From: Thermoanaerobaculia bacterium
Lineage (GTDB): Bacteria > Acidobacteriota > Thermoanaerobaculia > Multivoradales > UBA5704
Assembly: GCA_036503335.1 (NCBI GenBank)
Contig: DASXXC010000069.1
Location: 12,059-76,058, forward strand
Reading direction: 5' to 3'
Length of the DNA: 64,000 nucleotides
Shown here: piece after piece, positions 1 through 10,392 of the stretch
How positions within the stretch are numbered: position 1 is the stretch's first letter
Layout: each line of letters begins with the position of its first letter
The notes under the pieces: model-generated
What the model was told of the DNA's origin: nothing
Database searches by the model: none
Seen by the model: only the letters and a program-made list of their open reading frames with translations
Program-made: the position numbers and the translations under genes

Positions 1-3158
<3,158 letters not shown>

Positions 3159-3205
3159 TCGACCTGACCAAAGGATCCGCCGGAGAATGCCGCCCCTCCG
3201 GGGCT

Positions 3206-3352
3206 GGCCCTCACTCCCCCAACCCCCTCTCTCCCGGCCTCCCCCCCTTCCTAACGGGAGAGAGGGGGCTTCAGCAAACCAGACTGACCTCTCCCTCTTC
3301 TCCCGTCGGGAAGGGGGGGAGGCCGGGAGAAGAGGGCCGGGGTGATGAGGGC
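3206..3352. repeat. REPIN-like inverted doublet of C/G-tract hairpin units
   Basis: Unit 1 has a perfect 13-bp stem, ccccctctctccc (3223-3235) with gggagagaggggg (3256-3268). Unit 2 has a perfect 12-bp stem, ccctcttctccc (3293-3304) with gggagaagaggg (3325-3336). The two 20-nt loops are near reverse complements of each other, so the units are inverted copies. Confidence 0.7.
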
Positions 3353-3433
3353 CAACGGGCCGGGACGCCGGGGGCACATATCTCGGCACCCCATTTCCCC
3401 TTTATTCATCCACCTTTACCGGCCTTTTCCCGC

Positions 3434-3462
3434 TTGCGCCCCGTCGCGAAGGGCGCTATCAT
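3434..3462 (+). promoter_or_regulatory. Putative sigma-70-type promoter
   Basis: TTGCGC (3434-3439), 17-nt spacer, TATCAT (3457-3462), about 58 nt upstream of the ATG at 3520. Confidence 0.3.
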
Positions 3463-3519
3463 GCAGAAGCTTCTATTTGTTGTAGCACGCAGTCCCACTC
3501 CTTCTGGAGGTTGGAACCG

Positions 3520-4941
3520 ATGCGGAAGTCGCTCTTCGTGGGTAGGGCCGCGCTCCTCGTCGCCGTCCTGGGCCTCGGCACGGCCGCCGCCGCGTTCGCC
3601 GGCGCGGTCTACATTCCGGTGCCCGATCCCATCAGCGCCGCGGGCAGCACGCACGTGGTGCAGCTCTGGATGACCAACACCGGCACCGCCAAGAGCACCT
3701 ATACGGCCACGGTGCTGGATCAGGACACCGACGGCACGCAGCGCCCGGCCCAGGGGCCTCCGGTCTCCTCGGTCGCCGCCGGCCGCACGTCGGTCCTCAA
3801 CGGCATCGGCACGGTCGGCAAGGTCGGCCTGCTGGAAGTGGCCACGACCTCCACGATGGCGGTCGAGGGCCGCCTGATCAGCACCGCCCCGAACGGCCTG
3901 ACCACCTCCTGGAGCTCGGTGCCGCTGATCTCCTCCAGCAACCAGGTCGGCTCCGGCCAGACGGCGGTCCTGCTGGGGCTGCGCCGCGACAACACCCACG
4001 GGGACTACACCAACCTCGGCGTCGTCAACCTGGCGCACCAGGCCGCGCAGTGCAGTGTCAAGCTCTTCCGCGCCGACGGCACCCAGATCGCCACCACGGC
4101 GACGGTGACCTTCAAGCCGCTCTCCCTGCGTTTCTTCACCGACGCCTTCCAGTTGCTCGGCGAGCTCGACGCGGCCGACGCGCGGGCCGAGGTGAGCTGC
4201 AACCAGCCGTTCTACGCCTACGCGACGATCTACACCGCCATCAGCTCCCAGATGCTCTTCGTCACCCCCGCCCCGTCCGGGGCCTCGTCCCTGCCCGGCC
4301 CCGGCGACAACGGCAATAGCGGCGGCGGTGGTGACGGCGGAGGCACCGGAGGCGGCGGCGGCTCGGGCGGCACGACGACGATCTTCACCGCCTCCGGCAC
4401 CTTCCACACGGCCGCGCCGGGCAACCCGAAGAAGATCTTCAACATCACCCTCCCCGCGGCTCTGTCGCTGAAGCGGATGGTGGTCGACATGGACGTCACC
4501 CCGGGCCCCTGGAACCACGCGAAGACGCCGGGCAACCACGCCATCCTCTGGCTCTACCGGGGGAAGTTCCGCAGCAACACGATCGCCAACGTCAACGCCT
4601 TCAGCCCGCCCAAGCTGTCGTTCAAGGCGGCCCAGAACATCAACCTGCCGGCGGGCAGCCTCAGCCAGGACGAGCAGGGATTCTCCTGGGTCCAGGGGCA
4701 GCGCTATCACCTGAAGTACACCTACGACGCCGAGCACAACACGGTGACGGCGGTGCTCTCCTCGGGCGGCACGACCCTCAAGACGCTGACCTTCAACGGC
4801 ACCGCCCCGAACGGCGTCCTCGACGTCCCGGCGACCGGCCTGACCGCCGAGTTCGGCCACTACCCCGACCAGGAAGGCCCCGAGGTGGCGAGCTACGGCT
4901 GGAGCTACGCGAACTTGCAGATCGTGGGGGTGCCGTACTAG
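3520..4941 (+). CDS. Secreted protein of unknown function (beta-rich module, Gly-rich linker, jelly-roll-like C-terminal half)
   Basis: ATG at 3520 lies 9 nt after GGAGG; the track start at 3511 is a TTG. Signal peptide MRKSLFVGRAALLVAVLGLGTAAAAFAG. GGGGDGGGTGGGGGSGG linker. The N-terminal module resembles the two C-terminal modules of the 1182-aa protein at 41178-44726. Confidence 0.75.
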   Translation: MRKSLFVGRAALLVAVLGLGTAAAAFAGAVYIPVPDPISAAGSTHVVQLWMTNTGTAKSTYTATVLDQDTDGTQRPAQGPPVSSVAAGRTSVLNGIGTVGKVGLLEVATTSTMAVEGRLISTAPNGLTTSWSSVPLISSSNQVGSGQTAVLLGLRRDNTHGDYTNLGVVNLAHQAAQCSVKLFRADGTQIATTATVTFKPLSLRFFTDAFQLLGELDAADARAEVSCNQPFYAYATIYTAISSQMLFVTPAPSGASSLPGPGDNGNSGGGGDGGGTGGGGGSGGTTTIFTASGTFHTAAPGNPKKIFNITLPAALSLKRMVVDMDVTPGPWNHAKTPGNHAILWLYRGKFRSNTIANVNAFSPPKLSFKAAQNINLPAGSLSQDEQGFSWVQGQRYHLKYTYDAEHNTVTAVLSSGGTTLKTLTFNGTAPNGVLDVPATGLTAEFGHYPDQEGPEVASYGWSYANLQIVGVPY

Positions 4942-4947
4942 CGCGGC

Positions 4948-5148
4948 CTAGTCATCCCGGCCGTAGTCCCACCGGAAGCGACCGCCAGGCCGGAGGAGCG
5001 CCCGCGGAGAAAGCGCGGCGATCCCGTAGCCGATGACACCCCCAGTCAGCGCTCCCACGACGAAGGAAAACCACCGCAGGCGCGCGCTCGGCTTGGGGGC
5101 GGGCTTGCGGGGCCGGCGCGGCGTGGGGTTGGTTGTGGAGATTCGCAT
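4948..5148 (-). CDS. Possible small membrane protein
   Basis: 66-aa ORF with one hydrophobic segment (WFSFVVGALTGGVIGYGIAAL). No clear ribosome-binding site. May be spurious. Confidence 0.2.
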   Translation of the reverse strand: MRISTTNPTPRRPRKPAPKPSARLRWFSFVVGALTGGVIGYGIAALSPRALLRPGGRFRWDYGRDD

Positions 5149-5194
5149 CTCGGGCTCAATCTAGGCGGTCCGTCGGGGGCCGTCAATGTTTTGA

Positions 5195-5400
5195 GGTAGC
5201 GCGGCCCTTCAGGCCGCATCGGGGGTGCCTCGATCTCCGTTCCCAGGGCGTTGCCCTGGGCTAAGTTAGAGCGGCCCCTTCGGGCCTCAACAGTCTCGCG
5301 CGCCGAAACCCGGAACCTGCCGGAGCTGTAGGGTCCTGAAGGAGCCGTCTCTCCGGGCCGAAGGCCCGGGCTAGCTTAGCCCAGCCCAACGGGCTGGGTT
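5195..5400. repeat. Cluster of five GC-rich REP-like stem-loops
   Basis: Five hairpins: gcggcc-cttca-ggccgc (5201-5217, preceded by GTAG); cccagggc/gccctggg (5242-5260); ggccc-cttc-gggcc (5273-5286); ccgggcc-gaa-ggcccgg (5353-5369, with GTAG at 5328-5331); cccagccc-aac-gggctggg (5380-5398). Confidence 0.65.
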
Positions 5401-5542
5401 GCGATGTGACGGATCCAGGTTTCCGAGCCCTGAAGGGGCGGAATAAACAACGACGCGGCCATAACAGACGTCGGATCAAGTACCGTTGAGGCCGGATCTC
5501 GAATGGCGGTGCAGAGCAACGCGAGGTCGCTCGACCCATGAA

Positions 5543-6091
5543 TCAGACCCCAGATTCTCGATTCTTGACATAATAGGCGAGTATTTCTGCAATATCGGTT
5601 CCGGCTCCACCTTTGTGCGCAGTTGCTTTGTCGTTGCAGAGCGAGGCCAGCACTGAGTAGAAAGTATGTGTCTTGATGCCTTTGTCGCGAATGAGCTCCA
5701 ATTCCTTCGGGTAACGGACAGAGCCATGAACGAACTCAAGTGACCACGACAAGCCCGGCCATGCCCTATTCCTGGCTTTGACCTTGCCCTTCGAGTAAAA
5801 CTTCTTCTCAACCCAGGCAGAAACAGATACTTCCAATACATCAGGAGGGCGAGGCCAAGCAGAGTTCTTTGCCTTACCAAGCGACTTCACCTGAGTTTTT
5901 GTAAGCGGGGTAATATAGGAAATTGGGTTTGTACTGACCTGTACTTCAATGTGGCGAGCCTCCAGTCCAGACTTGCCTTGACGGATGGCGAGGAGGTCCA
6001 TCTCGCTTACACCGAAGCGAGCGCCGCGAATTGTGAAGTAGCCGTTACGGTTCAGCCACTCTTCGACAAGCGATTCAGCAAGAAGAGCCAT
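5543..6091 (-). CDS. Hypothetical protein with a PD-(D/E)xK-like nuclease N-terminal motif, in a low-G+C island
   Basis: 182 aa. Pattern ESLVEEWL..GY....G.SEMDLLAI....HIEVQV resembles the core of restriction-endonuclease-fold proteins (D32, E49-V-Q51). Local G+C is about 47-52% in hand-counted lines. Confidence 0.6.
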   Translation of the reverse strand: MALLAESLVEEWLNRNGYFTIRGARFGVSEMDLLAIRQGKSGLEARHIEVQVSTNPISYITPLTKTQVKSLGKAKNSAWPRPPDVLEVSVSAWVEKKFYSKGKVKARNRAWPGLSWSLEFVHGSVRYPKELELIRDKGIKTHTFYSVLASLCNDKATAHKGGAGTDIAEILAYYVKNRESGV

Positions 6092-6402
6092 CCCCTTGTA
6101 CCCAATAGCTTGGTTTAACCTTCTAAGCTCCCATTCTAAGCCCCAGAATGATTACTGCCATCCTCCTAGTCTCCGATTGGCGTCGTGAAGAAATATACAG
6201 TTTCTACTTATCATTTTCAATATCGCCGAACGTTTTCTCCCGCGCCAAAAAGAAGCCAGAGGAGACGGCCCCGCTCGCCGCCGTCCCCCTGGCAAAAGGC
6301 GTATCAATTGTCAATGAACACTACTGCCCGCCTCGCGAGCGAATCCCCGAGGTAGTTGAGGCGGTCCTGCTCGTGCGTGCTTGACCTGCCAGACTTACGT
6401 CA

Positions 6403-6795
6403 TCAGGCGGTGGTCGGGTGCGGCGTGGGCGACGGCGGCGGTGTCGCCGGAGGCTTCGGGTCGGCCTTCGCCTTGGTCTTCGGACGGAGGGGCGTGAGGC
6501 CGAACTCGACCAGCTTCTCCGAACGATCGCCGTAGCGCTGCTTGACGCCACCGCGCAGGAAGGTCGCCAGCTTGCGGCCCTCCGTCAGCAGCGCCTGCAG
6601 GCTCTTGGTCGCCTCCTGCTTGGCGGCGTCCATGGCCGCCTGCTGGGCCGAGGCCTGCCGCGCGGTGTCCAGCATCGACTTCAGCTTGGCGCGGTAGTCC
6701 TCGAGCGTCTTGAAGTCCTCCGGGTTGGCCTCCATCGAGGCCAACAGACGCTCCCAGCCGTTCAACGTCGCTCCGTACTTCGGTTCCTTCGACAT
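6403..6795 (-). CDS. Hypothetical helical protein with a Pro-rich C-terminal tail
   Basis: Internal ATG at 6795 is preceded by GGAGAAAG. The longer track ORF extends upstream into a repeat/promoter region. No recognisable family. Confidence 0.5.
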   Translation of the reverse strand: MSKEPKYGATLNGWERLLASMEANPEDFKTLEDYRAKLKSMLDTARQASAQQAAMDAAKQEATKSLQALLTEGRKLATFLRGGVKQRYGDRSEKLVEFGLTPLRPKTKAKADPKPPATPPPSPTPHPTTA

Positions 6796-6930
6796 GGTCT
6801 TTCTCCACTTGGGCCGAATAGGGCCCTCAATCCGCCGCCGGAAGTGGCGGCGGAAATCCCGCGATCTGAAGATCCCCGAAGCCTGGCTGTTCCCGTTCAG
6901 CGTCCTGATGAGCCCTCGGGGAGAGGGGTG

Positions 6931-6960
6931 TTGCAATGGGCGCATCATGCAGCATAGAAT
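6931..6960 (+). promoter_or_regulatory. Putative sigma-70-type promoter leading into palindrome array A
   Basis: TTGCAA (6931-6936), 18-nt spacer, TAGAAT (6955-6960). A homologous arrangement sits at 49427-49455. Confidence 0.4.
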
Positions 6961-6961
6961 C

Positions 6962-7480
6962 TGGTCTGTCAAGCCCCCTCCCGAAAAATCGGGGCTCCGG
7001 CTGGGTGCCGGGGGGCGGCTCACTGGAGAGGCTCTTATGGAGTACTCTGGGTCTTTACGACGACTTTACGGCTTGAGAGCTGCATTTCACGGGATATTCT
7101 CCGGCTCTCGAGCCTCGCGAAGAGAAGATCGAGGCTCATTCCCCGCGGGGAATGGTATGCGATAAGGCGGGAACGTCACGCGAAGAGCTTGCAACGCGGC
7201 ATTCCCTGTCCTTCGAGCCTCATTCCCTCCTCTTCGCGCCCTGCGAGCTCGGGGGAATGGGACGCGAAGAGGTCTTCGCGAGGCGCGAAGCCGGGGGAAC
7301 GGCTCACGGAGAGCTCTTCGCGCCGTTCGAAGAGGAGCTCGCGCCACGTTTTCTCGGCTTCGGACGGCTCGAAGCCGGGGAACGCGGCGCGAAGGGGAGG
7401 GAATGAGGCTCGAAGAGCAGGGAATGCCACGCGAAGAGGTCTTCGCGGGACGTGAAGGCCCCTCCTTATGAGAGGGGGAC
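6962..7480. repeat. Mosaic palindrome array A (CGCGAAGAG / GGGAATG vocabulary)
   Basis: Begins with the box CTGTCAAGCCCC. Then comes a dense mix of CGCGAAGAG, GGGAATG(A/C) and their complements, including the hairpin cgcgaagaggtcttcgcg twice (7263-7280 and 7430-7447). A homologous array lies at 49462-49880. Confidence 0.7.
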
Positions 7481-7552
7481 GGGGGAATGAGGCTCGCCGG
7501 GCTCGACGCTCGGCGGCGCCTCGCCCTCGCGCTCATTGACAATTGATTCAAG

Positions 7553-7595
7553 CCGGGGAGCGGACGGGGAACGCTGCCCGGCTCCCACCTTTTTT
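7553..7595 (+). terminator. Candidate intrinsic terminator with no plus-strand gene upstream
   Basis: GC-rich hairpin, with gggagc (7556-7561) pairing gctccc (7581-7586); an alternative pairing is gccggg/cccggc. A T6 run follows at 7590-7595. The orientation fits a plus-strand transcript. Confidence 0.35.
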
Positions 7596-7644
7596 CGCGG
7601 CGGCCACGCCTTAGGGGCCGGTGTGCGCCGCCGTCTCGCCATCA

Positions 7645-8628
7645 TTACGGAGCCGCCACCCGATCCAGCACCCCCGTCTTGTCCAGGCAATCGGCCAGCA
7701 TCGTCGCGGCCCGTTCGGCGCCGTGGTGGTTGAGGTGGATGCCGTCCTTGAGGAAGAGGGCGCGGCGGTGCCTGGCGTTGATCGCCGCAATGTCGCCGGC
7801 CAGGTCACAGAGGACGGCCCGGTCCTCCCGGGCCACGCCGCGCACCGCCTCGACGTACTCCTGGTGCAGCGGCACCACGTCCTCCAGGTGATGGATCCAG
7901 ACCCCTTTCAGGTATTGCGGCTCGCTCCCCTTCTCGTGGGCGGTCGGGGCGGTGATGAGCACCGGCTCGATGCCGTGGCTCCGCGCCAGGGCCACCATCT
8001 CGTGGAGGTTGTGGCGGAATTCCGGGAGCGGCACCCGGCGGTTGTCGTCCGAGCGGTGGCTCGCCACCCAGGCCTTCTGGCCGAGCTCCACCAGGCGCAG
8101 GTCCTGCCAGCGCGAGCCGGTCCTTTGCAGCAGGTGCTCGACCTCCCGGTCCGGCAGGCCGAAGCCGATCCAGTGATCGTTCCAGCCGTAGTAGAGGGTC
8201 ACGATCCGGGGGCGAAGCGGCAGGACGTCCCGCCGGAGCTGCCGCAATCCCTGGAAGGTGGTCCAGCCGGCGGTGCCGAGGTTGACGCCGGTCCAGTGGA
8301 CGGCGGGCCGGCGCTGGGTCAGCAGGGCCAGGAGCAGCTCCGGATAGCGGCCGAAATCGGTGCAGGAGTCGCCCAGGAAGGCGAAGACCGGCCGCTCGGC
8401 CCGGGCCCGCGCCAGCCGCTGGTCGTAATCCGAATGGACCCAGAGCAGGTCGGGATCGGCGCGGTATTCGCCGCCGAGCGAGGCGAGCGTCTTGGGCCAG
8501 CCGAACTGGATCTGCTCCGGCCGCAGGTGGTAGGAGAACCCGGCGATCCGCAGCGCGATCTCGCTCAGGATCAGCGCCACCACCAAGCTGATCAGGACGA
8601 GCAGCGTGCGCTTGATCCAGGGATTCAT
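7645..8628 (-). CDS. SGNH/GDSL-family hydrolase
   Basis: Start MNPWIKR at 8628 shares one nt with the upstream stop. Motifs FLGDSCT, YYGWNDH, DGIHLNHHG. N-terminal TM anchor. Confidence 0.8.
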   Translation of the reverse strand: MNPWIKRTLLVLISLVVALILSEIALRIAGFSYHLRPEQIQFGWPKTLASLGGEYRADPDLLWVHSDYDQRLARARAERPVFAFLGDSCTDFGRYPELLLALLTQRRPAVHWTGVNLGTAGWTTFQGLRQLRRDVLPLRPRIVTLYYGWNDHWIGFGLPDREVEHLLQRTGSRWQDLRLVELGQKAWVASHRSDDNRRVPLPEFRHNLHEMVALARSHGIEPVLITAPTAHEKGSEPQYLKGVWIHHLEDVVPLHQEYVEAVRGVAREDRAVLCDLAGDIAAINARHRRALFLKDGIHLNHHGAERAATMLADCLDKTGVLDRVAAP

Positions 8629-10370
8629 CAGCCGGTCTGGCCGGGCGAATCGCCGCCGCTGCTTTGATCGCCCTGATCGCCTCCCTGATTGCCGGAATCG
8701 TTGCCCGCCGCCGGCTCGGCGTTGTCCTCGGGCGGCGGGGGCGGCGCGTTCTGGAGGTCGACGAACGGCGAGTCCGTCCGCACCCAGAACTTGGCCCGCC
8801 GCCGGTAGCCGTAGCCGGGCATGACCTTGGCCACGGGGCCCATCCCCCGCTTGATCCCCCAGATCTGGAAGAAGGCGTCCGGCTTCTGCTCGGCGAGCAG
8901 GCGCTGCTCGTTCCACTTGGAGTGCCCGGGCCGGAAGGTGTCGAAGTTGTCCTCGTCGAGCGGCGTCACCGGCACGCTGTGCGCGATCACCCGGTCGTTG
9001 TAGCCGAGGATGTCGATCATCTTGTAATTCGAGAAGTAGGCCGGGATGCCCGCCCAGGCGGTCGCCACCGTGGCGCCGGGCTTGACGAACTTCTCGAAGG
9101 CGAGAAGCTGGCCGACCACCCGCTGGTGCCGCGTGGTCATCGGCGGACGGTTGACCAGGGCGAGCTCGCGCCAGTTGTCGTTCGCCTTGTCGGAGAGCCA
9201 GAGGCCGTTGACGATCAGCAGGGCGATCACCGTGGCGGCGCCGAGGACGAGGCGGCCGGCCGGATCGCCGTCCGCGGTCTCCCTCCCCCGCCGCCCCCCT
9301 TGCCAGATCGCGAGCGCCTCGTTCAGGGTGGCGTTGAGGAGCACGAAGAGGAGGGGCATCACGAAGGAGATGAAGCGGTTGGCCCGGATCGGCAGGTCGT
9401 CGTCCCAGGCGTCGCCGCCCACGTAGACGCTGTAGGCGCAATAGAGGACGAAGATCGCCGCCGGCAGGATCAGCCGCTGGTTGCGCCGCAGGAAGGCCGC
9501 CGTGCCGAGCCCCGCGGCCAGCAGCACCCACAGGTGATCGCGGACGAATTCCGCCAGCACGGCCGAGCCGCGCAGCAGGCGCACGGCGAGCGGCACGCCG
9601 TAGAGCTTGAGGTAGTAGGTGTTGGGCAGCAGGTCGTGGTAGTAGAGCTCGCGGAAGACGCCGTAGGCCAGGGTCATACCGCAGAAGAGGGCGAAGCCGG
9701 CGAGCCAGCTCCGGGTCCGGATCTGCCGGAAGCCGCGCTGGAGCAGGACGTAGAGCTGCACCGCCCCCACCAGTAGGAGCATGTCCATGCGCAGCAGGAA
9801 GGCCGCCGCGCAGACGATCCAGAGGGAGAAATTGCGGTCCCGATCGGAATGGGCGGTGGTGAGCGCGAGCTGCACCGCCACCACGGCGAGGAGCGCCTGG
9901 AGGCCGGTCTCCATCCCCATCAGCGACCAGTAGGCGAGCGGGTAGTAGAAGGCGGTGAGCACGGCGGCCGGCAGCCAGTGGGCCTCCCCCGGCGGAGAGA
10001 AATGGTCGAGCATCAGCCTGCGGACGGCGGCGATGGCGCCGGCCAGGCAGAGCCACGAGAGGAGCTGCATGGGCAGGCTGCGGTCCTGAAGGGCGATCGG
10101 CAGCAGGTTGACCGGCACCATCAGGAACATCCAGAGCGGATGGGTGAACCCCTCGACCGGCTCGCCGAAGCGGGCCCATTCGAGCCCGTGCCCCTCGACC
10201 AGGTTGCGGGCGTAGGTCATGGAGATCATCGCGTCATCGAACAGGCAGTAGTAGCGGGTACCCTCGATCTTGAACGACGAGCGATGGATGAACCAGACGG
10301 CCCAGAGGCTGAAGATCAGGAGCAGGACGGCCAGGCCGAGTGGGAGCTTGCGGGAGGAAGAGTCGGACAT
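8628..10370 (-). CDS. Polytopic membrane protein, GT-C-like glycosyltransferase candidate
   Basis: 580 aa with many TM segments. Early-loop acidic motif LFDDAMISMTYARNL. Large C-terminal soluble domain and an acidic, Gly-rich tail. Confidence 0.6.
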   Translation of the reverse strand: MSDSSSRKLPLGLAVLLLIFSLWAVWFIHRSSFKIEGTRYYCLFDDAMISMTYARNLVEGHGLEWARFGEPVEGFTHPLWMFLMVPVNLLPIALQDRSLPMQLLSWLCLAGAIAAVRRLMLDHFSPPGEAHWLPAAVLTAFYYPLAYWSLMGMETGLQALLAVVAVQLALTTAHSDRDRNFSLWIVCAAAFLLRMDMLLLVGAVQLYVLLQRGFRQIRTRSWLAGFALFCGMTLAYGVFRELYYHDLLPNTYYLKLYGVPLAVRLLRGSAVLAEFVRDHLWVLLAAGLGTAAFLRRNQRLILPAAIFVLYCAYSVYVGGDAWDDDLPIRANRFISFVMPLLFVLLNATLNEALAIWQGGRRGRETADGDPAGRLVLGAATVIALLIVNGLWLSDKANDNWRELALVNRPPMTTRHQRVVGQLLAFEKFVKPGATVATAWAGIPAYFSNYKMIDILGYNDRVIAHSVPVTPLDEDNFDTFRPGHSKWNEQRLLAEQKPDAFFQIWGIKRGMGPVAKVMPGYGYRRRAKFWVRTDSPFVDLQNAPPPPPEDNAEPAAGNDSGNQGGDQGDQSSGGDSPGQTG

Positions 10371-10392
10371 TTTGGTTCCTGGAAAGCGACAC

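Noticed and set aside
3385-3398. A sigma-54-like sequence GGCACCCCATTTCC between the NtrC-type gene and the secreted-protein gene.
   Set aside because: The nearly invariant G of the -12 GC element is replaced (TTCC instead of TTGC). A sigma-70-like promoter at 3434-3462 is an equally weak alternative. The activator's target therefore stays unassigned.
6148-6384. A 78-aa ORF in the AT-rich spacer of the low-G+C islet.
   Set aside because: It has no ribosome-binding site and an odd composition. It is more plausibly promoter or non-coding DNA for the adjacent nuclease-like gene.
7038-7169. A 43-codon ORF (MEYSGSLRRLYG…) with a GGAGAGG SD-like sequence inside palindrome array A.
   Set aside because: There is no counterpart ORF in the homologous array B. 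Its second half is a translation of the repeat vocabulary.
6962-7480. The idea that the palindrome arrays (also 49462-49880) are CRISPR arrays.
   Set aside because: The repeat units are short, occur in both orientations, are irregularly spaced and mutually overlapping. There is no constant repeat/spacer periodicity and no cas genes.
7645-10179. An 844-aa ORF spanning the SGNH hydrolase gene and running antisense-frame through the GT-C-like gene. Similar N-terminal over-extensions occur at 10393-12780, 11829-14324, 26750-28213, 38694-40940 and 35220-36359.
   Set aside because: Only the downstream part shows protein-family motifs. An internal start with an SD sequence or start/stop overlap fits the operon structure. 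The upstream parts overlap better-supported genes.
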